This document shows positions 61,791 through 64,000 of a stretch of DNA of 64,000 nt, in pieces. The first letter of the stretch is position 1; the number at the start of each line of letters is the position of its first letter. Position numbers and translations under genes: made by a program. The notes beneath the pieces are model-generated. The model saw only the letters and a list, made by a program, of their open reading frames with translations, had not been told where the DNA came from and made no database searches. The stretch lies in assembly GCA_013265495.1 (NCBI GenBank), contig MU058065.1:124001-188000 (forward strand), in the 5' to 3' direction. This stretch comes from Vicugna vicugna (Eukaryota).

Positions 61791-63229
61791 GACCTTGTAG
61801 AATAATTTTATTCTAAACATTTTTTTAAACAACTTTTGGACAAAAATCTCTTCCTTTGCGACAAAACAGTTGGGTCTACCTTTTTATAGCTGTGATGTTT
61901 AAAAGGAGAAAGCACAGAACTGGCACTAATGAGGAAACTGGACGTTATGAACGATGAACATGTTGGCTAGTTCTACTGTGGATTCCAACTGTTGCACGAC
62001 TTTCTTCAAGATAGGAGCTGAGACTAGAAACTCTCATCCCATCCAGACATGCTGGGTTCAAATACAGTCCCTGAGTCTCCTCGTCTCACACTTCTTGCTC
62101 ATCTAAACGCTGCTGGTTGTTCTGAACCATAAGCATTCTTTTGGAGATGCTGTCTCTTAGCAAATACCCACTGCACCATTCAGCCCTGAGGTTGGCCAGC
62201 CTTGAGTTCACTTCTTTTTATATCTACGAGAAAAATTAATGAAGAGAAGTATTTAAGAGGAGCCCGTTGTTTCTGCTTCATGTGTAGTCTAGACCCTGCC
62301 CTCCCCCGCCAGTGTTCTTACCGAGGAAGGGGTCCAGGGAGACCGGCCCCCCGAGGCTGGGAAGGGAGCGCTCTCCTAGGAGGACGAAGGTCCCCTTCCC
62401 CCTGTCTTCTTTCTCGCCTCCCCCCACTGCCCATCACGTCTCTTTCCCTCCTTTTTTTGGGCTGGGCCAACCCCTCTCGGCATTATTTTTAGTTCTCCTG
62501 CGAAAACACTGACTTGCTTCTCTCTCTCGTGCTTTCTTTTTCCCTTTACCAAGGATGTTCGATGGGGTTTCCGCTCGTGGTTCCAAGGGCGTGGGGACCA
62601 TCGCGTGCTGACGCTTAACCCCTTGTGTTTTTCCCCGAGGTCCTTTGTTCAGTTGCTCAGGAACTTTTAATTTTTTCCAGGCTTGTGTGCGGTGTCCAGA
62701 CTGTAGGTTTACTGGAGCTTGGCCGGCCTTTCTGTTTGGGGGAAGCTTATTGCTTCACGGAGAGACCATCTGACCGTTGTTATCTGCGACCCGACCCGAG
62801 AGACAGAACTGCCAGCGATGAGAGCCAGAGTTCTTCCCAAAGGCCTCCCTGCTGCCCGGCCCATCCACCCACCACGGCGGCCTCGTGAGCTTCTGCTGGG
62901 ATGTCTGCACTGTGGTCTCCCTCCCTCCCTCCTGCTCCCTCTCCTTTTGCACCCCTCCTGTCTTTCTTCCTTCCCTTTATGTCTACCTTTCACAGCCATC
63001 TGTGGACCTGGGGCTGCGTCACATCTCTCCAGGAGCAAATACAACGGCAGTTGTAACACTGAGCACAAGCCAGGGAACCATGTCTTCCAGGAGGTGCCTG
63101 ATCTCAGTGAGAATAAAATCCATGCTCTGCATCAGGGCCAGCAAGGCCCTGGGGGTCGGGGCCCTGCCTGTCTCTTCCCATCCCCCACTCATGCCTTCCT
63201 TTGCTCCTCCTGCGCTCAGCGCCCCCGCC

Positions 63230-63524
63230 TCCTGAAACCTCCGGCTCCAGGACTTGTCACTGGTGTTTCCCTCTGATCCTGCTTTAGCCCAAACACTCCC
63301 CTCGCAGAGACACCTCTGCCCGTCTCCGTCTGCCTATATCACGACTGCATATTTTGTTTCAGTTCCTTCAAAGCACAAATCTTCATCTGAAATCATCTCT
63401 GTGTTTGTCTGCTTGCTTGTTTCCTTCCTGCCTTTACCTGCCCCCAAACTCTCTGTCTTTTTCTCCCCGTGGCCCCCAGGGCCTGACCCATAGGTTGTCT
63501 TCAGTCAGTATCTGTTGAATGAAT
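63230..63524 (+). mobile_element. L2 3' end (degenerate)
   Basis: Ends GCCTGACCCATAGG...TATCTGTTGAATGAAT, typical of an L2 terminus. Confidence 0.6.
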
Positions 63525-64000
63525 AGGTCAATAAATCTAATCGGGGGACATAAGAAATACAAAAATGACATCATAAATAATGATCATAGTCCTCATGGTA
63601 ACGACTGACTTTTTTCTTGGTGTTTTATGTATTCCATCTCCAATCGTCCAAATAATTATGAGAGTCTTACTTTTACATTTTGCCAAAAAAAAAAAAAAAT
63701 GGAGGCTCCCAAGAGTTGGTATTTTCCCAAGGCCACCCACCTGGTGAGGGAAGGACCTGGGCTCCATCCACAGGCAGGTCTGACTCCGGGGCCCTGGCAG
63801 TGATGTCTCATCCAGGTAAACAACCATAACACAAACCAGAGAGAGAGCAACTCCATGAGAGATGCACATAAAATATCGCGGGAATTCAAAGAAGGAAGAC
63901 GTGGCCTCGAGAGCAACAGCAAAGGGTGGTGACAAGGTGATTTTGGTTTTCTGGACTTCTGGAGTCGAGGGAGGTAGGCGGGAGGATTTGGATAGCTGGA

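Noticed and set aside
62719..63276. Longest ORF in the track (185 aa)
   Set aside because: Non-ATG start, low-complexity Pro/Leu/Ser composition, and it overlaps an L2 remnant.
1..64000. Prokaryotic-type systems (CRISPR arrays, operons), miRNA or snoRNA genes
   Set aside because: Mammalian intron/UTR DNA; no repeat-spacer array and no mature miRNA or snoRNA that I recognise.

Overview
Mammalian genomic DNA, most likely camelid, judged from the tRNA-Ala-derived Vic-1-type SINEs and cetartiodactyl-type L1 3' ends. No protein-coding exon is supported. I recognise the window as the 3' part of IRS1 (insulin receptor substrate 1) on the + strand. Positions 1-48861 are most of its single large intron, which lies in the 3' UTR; the coding exon 1 is upstream of the window. 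Positions 48862 to ~53600 are the non-coding terminal exon, with proximal (49872) and distal (53575) AATAAA signals, and ~10 kb of downstream flank follows. The gene call rests on recalled similarity to the human IRS1 3' UTR, not a database search. Most notable: a promoter-like intronic CpG island with a 12-bp inverted CCAAT pair, a perfect estrogen response element in an ERV1-type LTR just downstream of the gene, a tailless tRNA-Glu 5'-half retrocopy, two microexon/recursive-splice signatures in the intron, and two miR-126 sites. The supplied ORFs look like chance frames. I found no convincing wholly new system; the findings are hypotheses.
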